Below are positions 19,013 to 27,191 of a DNA stretch of 40,256 nucleotides, in pieces. Positions within the stretch are counted from its first letter, which is position 1; every line of letters starts with the position of its first letter. Under the pieces are notes generated by a model that did no database searches, was not told the DNA's origin, and saw only the letters and a program-made list of their open reading frames with translations. The stretch covers positions 1 through 40,256 of the forward strand of contig JBGSMV010000038.1 of the NCBI GenBank assembly GCA_041739995.1. The letters are read 5' to 3'. The DNA comes from Bdellovibrionota bacterium. GTDB lineage: Bacteria; Bdellovibrionota_C; UBA2361; JBGSMV01. The translations under genes were made by a program, and so were the position numbers.

Positions 19013-19927
19013 CTACTCAATGCCGCGTGCACGCTCTATTGCGCGATAAACTTGATAAACAGCCTGTAGCTTAGGAACTGAGATACCGTGCTTTTGGGCA
19101 CGCCGCTCAACTTCCCCAAGAACAAAACTCATATCACTGGCTCGACCAGCTCTCAGATCGACTAGATGCGAATTAATGTTCGCAGCAAACGGCCTGACGA
19201 TGTGTAACAGCCGATCATGCGTCAGATCGGTAATAGAGCACCCATCAGCAGCCGCGACTTGCAGAGCTTCGTCGAACATTGCCAGCCCCAGCTCGCGAAG
19301 CGTTGGAATATCGAGTACCGCCGAGTTGGGCCTATCTACAATCGTGCAAAGCGGATTCACAAACACATTTACAAGTACCTTGCGCCATTCGGCCTCAAGC
19401 ACCGACGGTACGGTGCTCGTTAAAATTCCGTTAGGAATTAGCAGCTCTTCCGCGAACTTTTCAACCCACGGCTCTTTGGGAGCCAAGATTGCCCGGTCTC
19501 CACCTGAAAACCGGACTGTGTATGGTTTTTCGCGCACAACTCCAAAGCTACAAAGCATGCGTGCTACCGCCACGGTCGCAGGCAGTCCGGCCGCCCGCGC
19601 CGCATCAAGAATTCCAAGTCCATTCTGAATCAAAACAATTTTTTGTGAAGTGATGGCTGCAAACAGCGCTGTCAGCGAGCTCAGTTGGTGCGCCTTTACG
19701 CAGACAAGAACAAGGTCGGCTTCGCCTAGCAAGCCTCGCGCTTGTTCGGATTCAATTGGCGCCTGCTCGAGTGCGACGCTTTTAAATGCGCTCGCTCCCG
19801 TAACCTCGATGGTCGTAGCTCGATCCTCTCCTGAGATTCGAGGAATGAGCGAAACCTCTGCCCGTCGCGAGAGTAGCGCCGCAACAAACAACCCCATCGA
19901 GCCGATCCCCACAATGCAAACTTTCAC
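19013..19927 (-). CDS. Ketopantoate reductase (PanE/ApbA) family protein, divergent
   Basis: Motifs IVGIGSMG, VCVKAHQ, IQNGLG, WRKVLVN...NPL; overlaps the upstream gene by 4 bp. Confidence 0.82.
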   Translation of the reverse strand: MKVCIVGIGSMGLFVAALLSRRAEVSLIPRISGEDRATTIEVTGASAFKSVALEQAPIESEQARGLLGEADLVLVCVKAHQLSSLTALFAAITSQKIVLIQNGLGILDAARAAGLPATVAVARMLCSFGVVREKPYTVRFSGGDRAILAPKEPWVEKFAEELLIPNGILTSTVPSVLEAEWRKVLVNVFVNPLCTIVDRPNSAVLDIPTLRELGLAMFDEALQVAAADGCSITDLTHDRLLHIVRPFAANINSHLVDLRAGRASDMSFVLGEVERRAQKHGISVPKLQAVYQVYRAIERARGIE

Positions 19928-22770
19928 GATTTCTCCTGTGGACCGGTGCCCTTAAGAATCTGCTTGATTTGCAGCTCAATGGAATTCTTCAATCTGACAC
20001 TCTCAGCCCACTCTGCGCCATTCGGATGCTCCACCACACCAAAGGTTACTAAAATTTGAGCGCGTCTCGGCAACCAAGTGCCCTCAGGCAGTAAATCTCT
20101 CAGTCCTGAAATAGCGACAGGAACAATTGGAACCTGCGCTCGCGCAGCCGCAACGAACCCGCCCATCTTAAACGGAAGAATCTCTCGATCGCGCCAAAAT
20201 CCCCCCTCGGGAAAGAACACCAGCGAGCGCCCACTCTTTAGTGCACTCTCAACCTGCTCAAGATCTTGCGCACTCTGCTCCATGTTCTGGCGCTCCATCC
20301 ACAACACGCCGATTCGGGGGAATAACGCCTGAAATACCGGCGCATTCAGAAAATCGCGCTTTGCCACAAAAGCAAATCGAGACGGCAGCACCGCGCTCAG
20401 CAGCACCGCATCGGCATAGCTCTGATGATTACTCATAATCATGCAGGCTTCTTTAGGAAGGCACTCCAATTCCTTAACCGTAAGGCGAACAAAGCAGACA
20501 CGCACAAGAACCTGCGCCACTCTCCGCAGGAAGGAACGATTCAATCGAGCACTTCGACACGCGAAGACAAAGGGTGCTGACAACCCAATGAGCAACAAAA
20601 AACAAACCCAGCACCACGCCCCATAGAGAATGCCCATGGTCATAGCTGGCAGACCACAAGTAAAGCGAAGAGAACTCGCAAGAAATGCTCGTGCGCGAAG
20701 CAGTAGAAGCTGTTGCCGCCCTGAGGCTTGTTTCCCTAAGGTCCCGCGTCGAAATCGCTCTTTACAGTCGCTGCGGCGCAACTTGCCACTGGAGGTCTTT
20801 GGTATACTGCGCGGCGGCACCAGCACTACTTGATCGGGAGCAATATCAAACACACCGCAAACTCGCGTGATAATACCCTGCTGCAACTCGCTGCGCTCCG
20901 CAGGGTCACGAAGCTTGGTCTCCGCTACTATCACGAAATTCTCTTGTCCCGACTCACTCGCGAAGCCAAAAGCAACCACGCATCCTCGACGCACGCCCTC
21001 AACTTGCCCCGCCTCGTCTTCAACATCTTGCGGCACCAGGTTTCTGCCGGCTCTAATGATGAGATCTTTTCTTCTACCGACGACAAAAATATCCGCCCCG
21101 AGTCTTGCAGCAAAGTCCCCTGAGTTTCTCCACTTACCGTCCAGAAGCTGCTTGGTGGCTTCTGCATTCTCAAAATACCCCTCAGTCACTGAAGCACCAG
21201 CAAACTGCAGCTCTCCAATATGCCCTTCTTCGGCCTCGCGCCCTCGCTCGTCAATAATTCGCACCTCGTGCCCGGGGAGTGCTTCTCCGCAACTCACCAA
21301 CCGCATAGTGTCGTGTCCTACCGGTACTTCCTTTAAACTTCCAAACTCTTGAAGAGCCGCCCTACTGCTCACTACGATTCTTGGTGGCTTCGCTTCTCGA
21401 GGAAACAGAACACCCAGCGAGCTCTCTGCCAATCCGTATACCGGACGCATAACATGTTCCTGAAAACCACAGGCGGCGAATCTCGAACTAAATTGCTCGA
21501 TGGTGTTGGCACTTACGGGCTCAGCACCGTTAAAGGCTATGCGCCAAGAAGAGAGATCAATTCCAGAAAGCTGCTCCTCTCTAATTCGATCGACCGCCAG
21601 TTGAAACGCAAAATTAGGTCCGGCCGAGATTGTCCCACGGTAGCGACTTATGCTCTCAAGCCAACGTATGGGATGAGAAATGAAGCTGAGTGGTGACATC
21701 AGTACCAAGGGAACGCCCGTCACTAGGCTGCCCAGCCAGGCACCGATTAGTCCCATATCATGGTAGAGCGGCAGCCAACTCACACACACGTCACGCTCAT
21801 TCAGCGACAAGACTTCGGTCATTGCACGAACATTGGCTATTAAGTTGGCGTGGGAGAGCATGACGCCCTTCGGCTGCCCAGTGCTGCCCGACGTATATTG
21901 TAGTAGCGCAAGCTCGCTTGAATCGGCCTTCGAAAATGGACTCGGGTGATTTTGCCGCTTCAACAACTGAGGTGTGACTACCGCTCGCAAGCTCGGCACC
22001 GCTGCGCGCAACAACGAAGAGAACGGAAGCCCCTCGGGCGGCAATACCAAGGCGGTTACGCCAGCATTTTTGAGAATTTGAATCTGCCTACTAAGATGCT
22101 CCTCTAGTCGCTCCAAAGAAGAAGGCGGATAGATTGGCACCGGAACTGCACGAATCAGCAACGCACCAAAATAAGTGCTCAGAAAATCCACCCCAGTCGG
22201 AAGCATGATTCCGACTCGCTCACCCTCTCTTACTCCCACTGATAAAAGGAAGCTGGCGGCTGATTCTGCGACCGCGAAAAACCCTGCATAAGTAAGCTGC
22301 GGCGTCCCTTCTTCGAAAGGAAAGGTGACATGCACGGCGTGCGGCTGAGTCTCAACATGAAACCTCAGCGCGTCCGTGAGTGTCGTCACTTCAGAAGGAA
22401 ACCCTACCCAGCGCGGCTTTGATTCTGGTATGGGTCGAGCAATCTGAGCAGCTCTATCCTCGATTGAAACACTCTCGGCACCACCGCGCTGCTTTTGAAG
22501 AACTACCTCAACTAGCGCAGAAACATCGCGCGCTTCGAGCACAGAGCGTTCCGGCAGAGCTAACTGTAGACGCTCTTCGATGCGCCTGAGCAACTCCATT
22601 CGAGAGAGAGAATCCAACCCAAGATCATCACTAAGTCGCGCCCTCACTCCGAGAGCAGCCCCGGCTCCAGGTCGAATTTCCTCGACTACTTCTCGCACCA
22701 CCACAAGCACTGATTCAACTACCATCTCCTCAGATGACGCACTGCCAGATTGTTGGGGTGGTTCGCTCAT
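19924..22770 (-). CDS. Trifunctional ACP / fatty acyl-AMP ligase / PlsC-type acyltransferase
   Basis: ACP: LGLDSLSRMEL. FAAL: LQYTSGSTGQPKGV, SWLPLYHDMGLIG, YGLAE, PKTSSGK. Acyltransferase: NHQSYAD, FVAK, FFPEG. Confidence 0.9.
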   Translation of the reverse strand: MSEPPQQSGSASSEEMVVESVLVVVREVVEEIRPGAGAALGVRARLSDDLGLDSLSRMELLRRIEERLQLALPERSVLEARDVSALVEVVLQKQRGGAESVSIEDRAAQIARPIPESKPRWVGFPSEVTTLTDALRFHVETQPHAVHVTFPFEEGTPQLTYAGFFAVAESAASFLLSVGVREGERVGIMLPTGVDFLSTYFGALLIRAVPVPIYPPSSLERLEEHLSRQIQILKNAGVTALVLPPEGLPFSSLLRAAVPSLRAVVTPQLLKRQNHPSPFSKADSSELALLQYTSGSTGQPKGVMLSHANLIANVRAMTEVLSLNERDVCVSWLPLYHDMGLIGAWLGSLVTGVPLVLMSPLSFISHPIRWLESISRYRGTISAGPNFAFQLAVDRIREEQLSGIDLSSWRIAFNGAEPVSANTIEQFSSRFAACGFQEHVMRPVYGLAESSLGVLFPREAKPPRIVVSSRAALQEFGSLKEVPVGHDTMRLVSCGEALPGHEVRIIDERGREAEEGHIGELQFAGASVTEGYFENAEATKQLLDGKWRNSGDFAARLGADIFVVGRRKDLIIRAGRNLVPQDVEDEAGQVEGVRRGCVVAFGFASESGQENFVIVAETKLRDPAERSELQQGIITRVCGVFDIAPDQVVLVPPRSIPKTSSGKLRRSDCKERFRRGTLGKQASGRQQLLLLRARAFLASSLRFTCGLPAMTMGILYGAWCWVCFLLLIGLSAPFVFACRSARLNRSFLRRVAQVLVRVCFVRLTVKELECLPKEACMIMSNHQSYADAVLLSAVLPSRFAFVAKRDFLNAPVFQALFPRIGVLWMERQNMEQSAQDLEQVESALKSGRSLVFFPEGGFWRDREILPFKMGGFVAAARAQVPIVPVAISGLRDLLPEGTWLPRRAQILVTFGVVEHPNGAEWAESVRLKNSIELQIKQILKGTGPQEKS

Positions 22771-22798
22771 TGCTCACATCCTAGTGGCGACGTCGCTC

Positions 22799-23263
22799 TC
22801 ACTTTTTGCGTTTTAGCTGTGGTGATACTTTATCAAAAATTGGAATTGACTGACCTCGATCGTCCACTGCCACCATCACCACTTCGGCTGAGGTGACGCT
22901 TCGACAATCCCTGCTATCCACTCCACGGGTGGATTCTACATCGACACGAATAGCGATCGAACTATTCCCGAGCTTCACTGTCTCAGCATAAAAGCTCACG
23001 ACATCACCGACGAAGACTGGAGCGATGAAGTCCACCTCTCGGATTACTTTGGTGACATACTTACGTGGGCTCACGGTACGCGCGTGCTGTGTGGCTGCAA
23101 GATCAAGCAGACTTAGTATGTGTCCACCGAAAATGCTTCCCAGCGGATTAGTATCTCGCGGCAGCATCAAAGTGCGAATGGCTGGCTCTCTACTCCCGGT
23201 AGATCGACGGCTCGTCGTTCGAGGGCGCTTAGCTGCTTTTTGAGACGGTTTCTTTGAACTCAT
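22799..23263 (-). CDS. yciA: Acyl-CoA thioesterase, YciA-type hotdog fold
   Basis: Motifs MLPRDTNPLGSIFGG, VDFIAPVFVGD, VMVAVDDRG. Start reassigned to ATG 23263 with a GGAGAG SD. Confidence 0.85.
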   Translation of the reverse strand: MSSKKPSQKAAKRPRTTSRRSTGSREPAIRTLMLPRDTNPLGSIFGGHILSLLDLAATQHARTVSPRKYVTKVIREVDFIAPVFVGDVVSFYAETVKLGNSSIAIRVDVESTRGVDSRDCRSVTSAEVVMVAVDDRGQSIPIFDKVSPQLKRKK

Positions 23264-23288
23264 AGCGGTACTCTCCGTAAGAGAGACA

Positions 23289-23371
23289 AGGTTATCCGAG
23301 AGTAGTGGTGCCGCGCTAGTGTGGCAGCCACCGGGCGAAATTGCCTTTCTAGGTAGTTTTTCACAAACTCC
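23289..23371 (+). repeat. Structured dispersed repeat family B, copy 1
   Basis: Gapless 59/83 identity (hand count) to 29097-29179 with compensatory changes in stems. Confidence 0.75.
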
Positions 23372-23602
23372 AGGGAAGCGCAGAACCTGAAACTGCAGCA
23401 CCTGACGGTGCTTCGTGGGCCGATTTTCGTTCCAGCGACGCTGAGTCACCGGGTAGCCACACCTGCCCCTGCCGCGGTGGGACTGTCCATTACCATCGAC
23501 ATGTGGGGAGTACCTGAGTTCATTTTTCGGGCAGTGAGCGCACTGCTTCCGATCGCCATTCAGGCATCGAGATCCTCTTAAGTTCTAGTATGAAAATCCC
23601 CG

Positions 23603-24076
23603 TTAGAACGGCTCATTGAGCATAACGACCGATGTTTCAAGCGTCGTGAGCGGACGTCCGAAGTAGGTAACCGGCATGCGCGCGGTAAGCGCAAAGAGCT
23701 GGTTCGGCAATCCCGCTGATTCGATTTCGCAATTTCCCAGTGATCCGACCAAGCCACTAACAGTGCATACTCTGATGTTGTCCACTGACAACCCCACGCC
23801 ATACACACGAGCCCGCTCTTGTACCTGATGCTTCATGAAAAGTTCACGAGAATCGCCGCTGCCTACCAGTCCAGTAATCATGGCACGACTGGTGACCGAG
23901 AGCGCATGCTGCACCGCAACATAGCGATACACAATAAGGGTGAATTCAAGCAGCGAGAAGACTACGATCGAGAAGATTCCAAGAGTCAGCGCCGCCTCAA
24001 CCATGGTTGCCCCGCACTCATTTGTCCTTAGCGCGTTGGTATTCCTGGGGTACGTACGCTCGGCATATTTTCTCAT
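23603..24076 (-). CDS. TadE-like minor pilin
   Basis: Prepilin motif GATMVEAAL plus TM helix and the ALSVTSR (AAREGAR-like) segment. Confidence 0.82.
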   Translation of the reverse strand: MRKYAERTYPRNTNALRTNECGATMVEAALTLGIFSIVVFSLLEFTLIVYRYVAVQHALSVTSRAMITGLVGSGDSRELFMKHQVQERARVYGVGLSVDNIRVCTVSGLVGSLGNCEIESAGLPNQLFALTARMPVTYFGRPLTTLETSVVMLNEPF

Positions 24077-24092
24077 AGTCAGGTCTCCGAGT

Positions 24093-25601
24093 TCAGTCGA
24101 CGAGCCGCGGTTTTTTTATCTCGAGAAACACCTGATAAAATGCGCCGACGAGATCCCCAGGACTGGGGGCTTCTAGATACATTCCTCGCGGAGACCCCAT
24201 TCCAATGGCGGGGCGGCAGTGTGGGAAAAGATCGAAATCCTGATAGTTGTTTTCGGGGTTAGTACTATACAGGGGGAGAAACGGCGGAGCTGCAGGGGGC
24301 TCACAGCCGCCCTCAACACTTTGATCGCATAACATGTCAACGGCTGCATCGTTCGCCATGCGACGCAGCAGGTACGGACGAGTAGTGGCATCGGCGCCAC
24401 CAGCGTCTCCGTCGAAGCATCCTTGCGGCTGCCATGGTGGTTCCGGCGGAATCACCGTGCTACCGATTGGCCATCCTGTGCGGCAAAAATGCGTGCCGTC
24501 ATTCCCCAAACCAACCGTGTAAACTTTTATTCCCTCGCGCCGCGCCTGATCCGTCTGCCAGATAGTGCGATATATATCCCCAGTACCGCCCATTAACACT
24601 TGATCGTTATTTCCGGGTGTTACTGCATTCCAGGTGCCGGCGGGGCTATAGGGGTGCGGTCGCTGTGGAGAGCGTATCCGAAAGTTTACGTGCCCACAGC
24701 CAGTATCAAGCGGGGGGACCGACGCGTTTTCATGCATGCCGGGCAGTTCGCTAAGCCACACATCATCATTGTCACCAATTGGACGTCTAAAATGCTGAGG
24801 AGTTCCGTCCGTCATGACTATCATGACTTTCTCAACCCCTGAGGGAAATCCCGCGGGAGCAGCGGCAAATTGCTGGCGTCCGGTCACGAGACCACAGGCA
24901 ATGCATGTTCCACCGTTAGCAACGATCTGATTGATCGCTTGCTGGTGAGCAGCAAAGTCGGCAGGATGGTACAATTGAAGCGGGATATTTACGGTGACGC
25001 GACGGTCGCGATTGGCGTACGAAACCACCCCGAACCAGTCGCCCGAGTCGAGCAAGGACACAAACTGGGAAGCGGCCGCGCGAAGTGCGTCGATCTTGCG
25101 TACGCCATTCATTAACTCGCCCATGGAGCCCGAGCGATCAAGCACGAGAAGCACCGCTATTGGAGGAACCCCCGCGATTGAATTTGCACTTAGTTGCACG
25201 TGATAAGGAATTCCTGGAATTAATTGAAGGAAGCTGGTGGGCGATAGGGCTCTCCCCATTACCTCAAGGCGATTGTTTATGGGACGACCAAGGTTATCGC
25301 TGATAACCTCTACGTTTACATTGATATCAGCGGTAGCGAGGTCGTCTGCGAGTCCAGCGCGGACCATATTCTCGCGCGCAACTCGATCGGCGATGGATTG
25401 AATATCCAAAGATGGACGACGGTTTAGTTCCTGCATCGCTGCAATAGTGCCAGCATCAACGGCCCGTTGCAGGCGCACTTGTCTCAAAAAAGCATGCCCT
25501 CCGTCGATAGTTAATCCAATCACAAGCAGAAGCGACACTAGTGTGATTGCGAGAAATGGTAGGTAGAAACCGGATTCACCGAGTTGATAGCGGCGTTTCA
25601 T
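24093..25601 (-). CDS. TadG-like protein with vWA domain
   Basis: ESG.YL prepilin-like N-terminus, IDGG, LQRAVDAG; vWA MIDAS LVLDRSGSM, GGT, VMTDG, IKVYTVGLG. Confidence 0.85.
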   Translation of the reverse strand: MKRRYQLGESGFYLPFLAITLVSLLLVIGLTIDGGHAFLRQVRLQRAVDAGTIAAMQELNRRPSLDIQSIADRVARENMVRAGLADDLATADINVNVEVISDNLGRPINNRLEVMGRALSPTSFLQLIPGIPYHVQLSANSIAGVPPIAVLLVLDRSGSMGELMNGVRKIDALRAAASQFVSLLDSGDWFGVVSYANRDRRVTVNIPLQLYHPADFAAHQQAINQIVANGGTCIACGLVTGRQQFAAAPAGFPSGVEKVMIVMTDGTPQHFRRPIGDNDDVWLSELPGMHENASVPPLDTGCGHVNFRIRSPQRPHPYSPAGTWNAVTPGNNDQVLMGGTGDIYRTIWQTDQARREGIKVYTVGLGNDGTHFCRTGWPIGSTVIPPEPPWQPQGCFDGDAGGADATTRPYLLRRMANDAAVDMLCDQSVEGGCEPPAAPPFLPLYSTNPENNYQDFDLFPHCRPAIGMGSPRGMYLEAPSPGDLVGAFYQVFLEIKKPRLVD

Positions 25602-25602
25602 A

Positions 25603-26400
25603 CTAGAATACTACCTCCTCATGCGCGCGTAATATTCCGAAGTCCCATGGGCGCGGTTGTATAAAGTCGGTAGCCACGTCAACTTCAATTGCAAACCCTC
25701 GTGCAGTCATGAGATCGGCATTTCCACGAGCTACTTGATCTCCAGCCCAGAAGCGGCTCTTTGCCAAAGAGGCCTTCTCATCAGGGGTTCCTCCTCCCTC
25801 CCAAATATCCTCGTAGAGGCGCCCAATATCATCAGACGCATGATAAAAGGCAGTTCCGGCTTGCGTCATGATCATGCCGCCGAGCATCAAATCGCCAAGC
25901 ATCAAGGTTGGATTTTCGGGGCTCTCGCCGCAGCTGCATGAACAAGCCGTAGAGCTGAAGGAACAAGCCGTTAGTTCGCTTAGGTAGTCACCATTTCCAT
26001 CCATCCAGTCAAATCCATCGAAAGAACAAGGTGGTGCTGCGCAGGTTACGCACTGATGAGTGCTGCAGCGCCCATAGCGCAAGGTGATGCGCGGGTTTGG
26101 CCCCATGATAGTGGGTGCCGCCGACAGCATCTCTGATACCTGGTGCCGTATGCAGTCAAGTATCAAGCCCTCCGAGGTGGCCCGAGAACAGCGCCGCAGA
26201 ACAATATTCGCAAGCTCTCGAGCAACCAGAGAATTTTTCTGGTGAGTATAAATCGTAAAGCCGACCGACAGAGTTCCAAAAAGTAAGCCAGTCACAATAG
26301 GCAGCGTTAGAATAAACTCGATGAAGGCAGAGCCGCGCACTTCGCGGTCAATCGAATGCCGTCGCGAGAAAATTGAACGTAATGCGGCAGTCACCCCCAT
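25603..26400 (-). CDS. TadE-like minor pilin with Cys-rich insert
   Basis: RGSAFIEFILTLP prepilin motif, VARELAN, about 9 Cys. Confidence 0.78.
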   Translation of the reverse strand: MGVTAALRSIFSRRHSIDREVRGSAFIEFILTLPIVTGLLFGTLSVGFTIYTHQKNSLVARELANIVLRRCSRATSEGLILDCIRHQVSEMLSAAPTIMGPNPRITLRYGRCSTHQCVTCAAPPCSFDGFDWMDGNGDYLSELTACSFSSTACSCSCGESPENPTLMLGDLMLGGMIMTQAGTAFYHASDDIGRLYEDIWEGGGTPDEKASLAKSRFWAGDQVARGNADLMTARGFAIEVDVATDFIQPRPWDFGILRAHEEVVF

Positions 26401-26408
26401 AGAGAATC

Positions 26409-26885
26409 CTACCTTGATCCCAGAGCCCCAAAGGGCAAGGCAACCTCATTCACAATGGCTCTAGCTAGCGCTACTGTTTGTGTGCTCCAAGGCGCGCGCG
26501 CTAATCCATACTGCTTCGATCGGGCAAACTTAGCGCCAAAGGAAGGCAGTAGCGCGATCTCCTGTGTACTTTGACCACGCAGTGGCACTGCGCCGATATC
26601 GACTTCGACAATACGATCCCCTGCCGAAAGATTGGGGCTTTGTGCTTCATCGACACGTGACCACACCGAACGGGCTACGTGAAAACTGGTTTCAGTACAG
26701 TGACATGACGCGACTTGCAGTGGAGTTAACTCTTTAATATTGGTGCGAAATGAACATCGAATGCCAATGTGCTCGCTGGCAGACTTGTCTTTCGCTGGAG
26801 TTTCGCCGGCAAGCGCATGGGGCGCGTTCGCCAGTATTATGGATAAAGGGAATAGGGTGGCACCTAGGCCTGACGGTCTACACAT
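26409..26885 (-). CDS. Hypothetical exported protein, first gene of the tad minor-pilin cassette
   Basis: ATG 26885 is preceded by GAGGAG, followed by a signal-like LFPLSIILANAPHALA, and lies downstream of a sigma54 motif. The ORF-track start 27029 is upstream of that promoter. Confidence 0.5.
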   Translation of the reverse strand: MCRPSGLGATLFPLSIILANAPHALAGETPAKDKSASEHIGIRCSFRTNIKELTPLQVASCHCTETSFHVARSVWSRVDEAQSPNLSAGDRIVEVDIGAVPLRGQSTQEIALLPSFGAKFARSKQYGLARAPWSTQTVALARAIVNEVALPFGALGSR

Positions 26886-26949
26886 AGCTCTCCTCGTACT
26901 TTTTTCACCAAGTCCCAAAGGAGAGCACAACACCGTCAATTGGTAGAGA

Positions 26950-26965
26950 TGCAACATGTATGCCA
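26950..26965 (-). promoter_or_regulatory. Sigma54 (-24/-12) promoter for the tad cassette
   Basis: Minus strand TGGCATACATGTTGCA = TGGCAY-N5-TTGCA with exact GG-N10-GC spacing. Confidence 0.7.
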
Positions 26966-27191
26966 CTGCCCGATGGCACCGCACTTGGACTATGGAACCA
27001 TTTCCGGCGATTTCGTCTTCGAATTTCACTTATCGCGTAACAGTCACCAATTCATCCGGAGATTTCGTACAGCATGGAAATTGCAGCAGCTGTCAGAAGA
27101 AGCGCAGTCAGGGGCAGTTCTCCCTGATGGCTTTTGCCGCCTTACTAGGCGCTCAGGGTTTGCACGTTTTTGGTCATAGTTACCTAATGGA

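Noticed and set aside
23291..23340. TTATCCGAGAG resembling the start of a SAM-I riboswitch
   Set aside because: The downstream GAGGGA..GGCCC and GCAACC core is missing, copy 2 lacks the motif, and the orientation is opposite to the adjacent gene.
23264..23449. N-terminal extension of the thioesterase ORF, and the similar peptide in ORF 29060-29422
   Set aside because: The shared GVCE.LP.KAIS.GG peptide is the antisense translation of repeat B. The real start is ATG 23263 with an SD.
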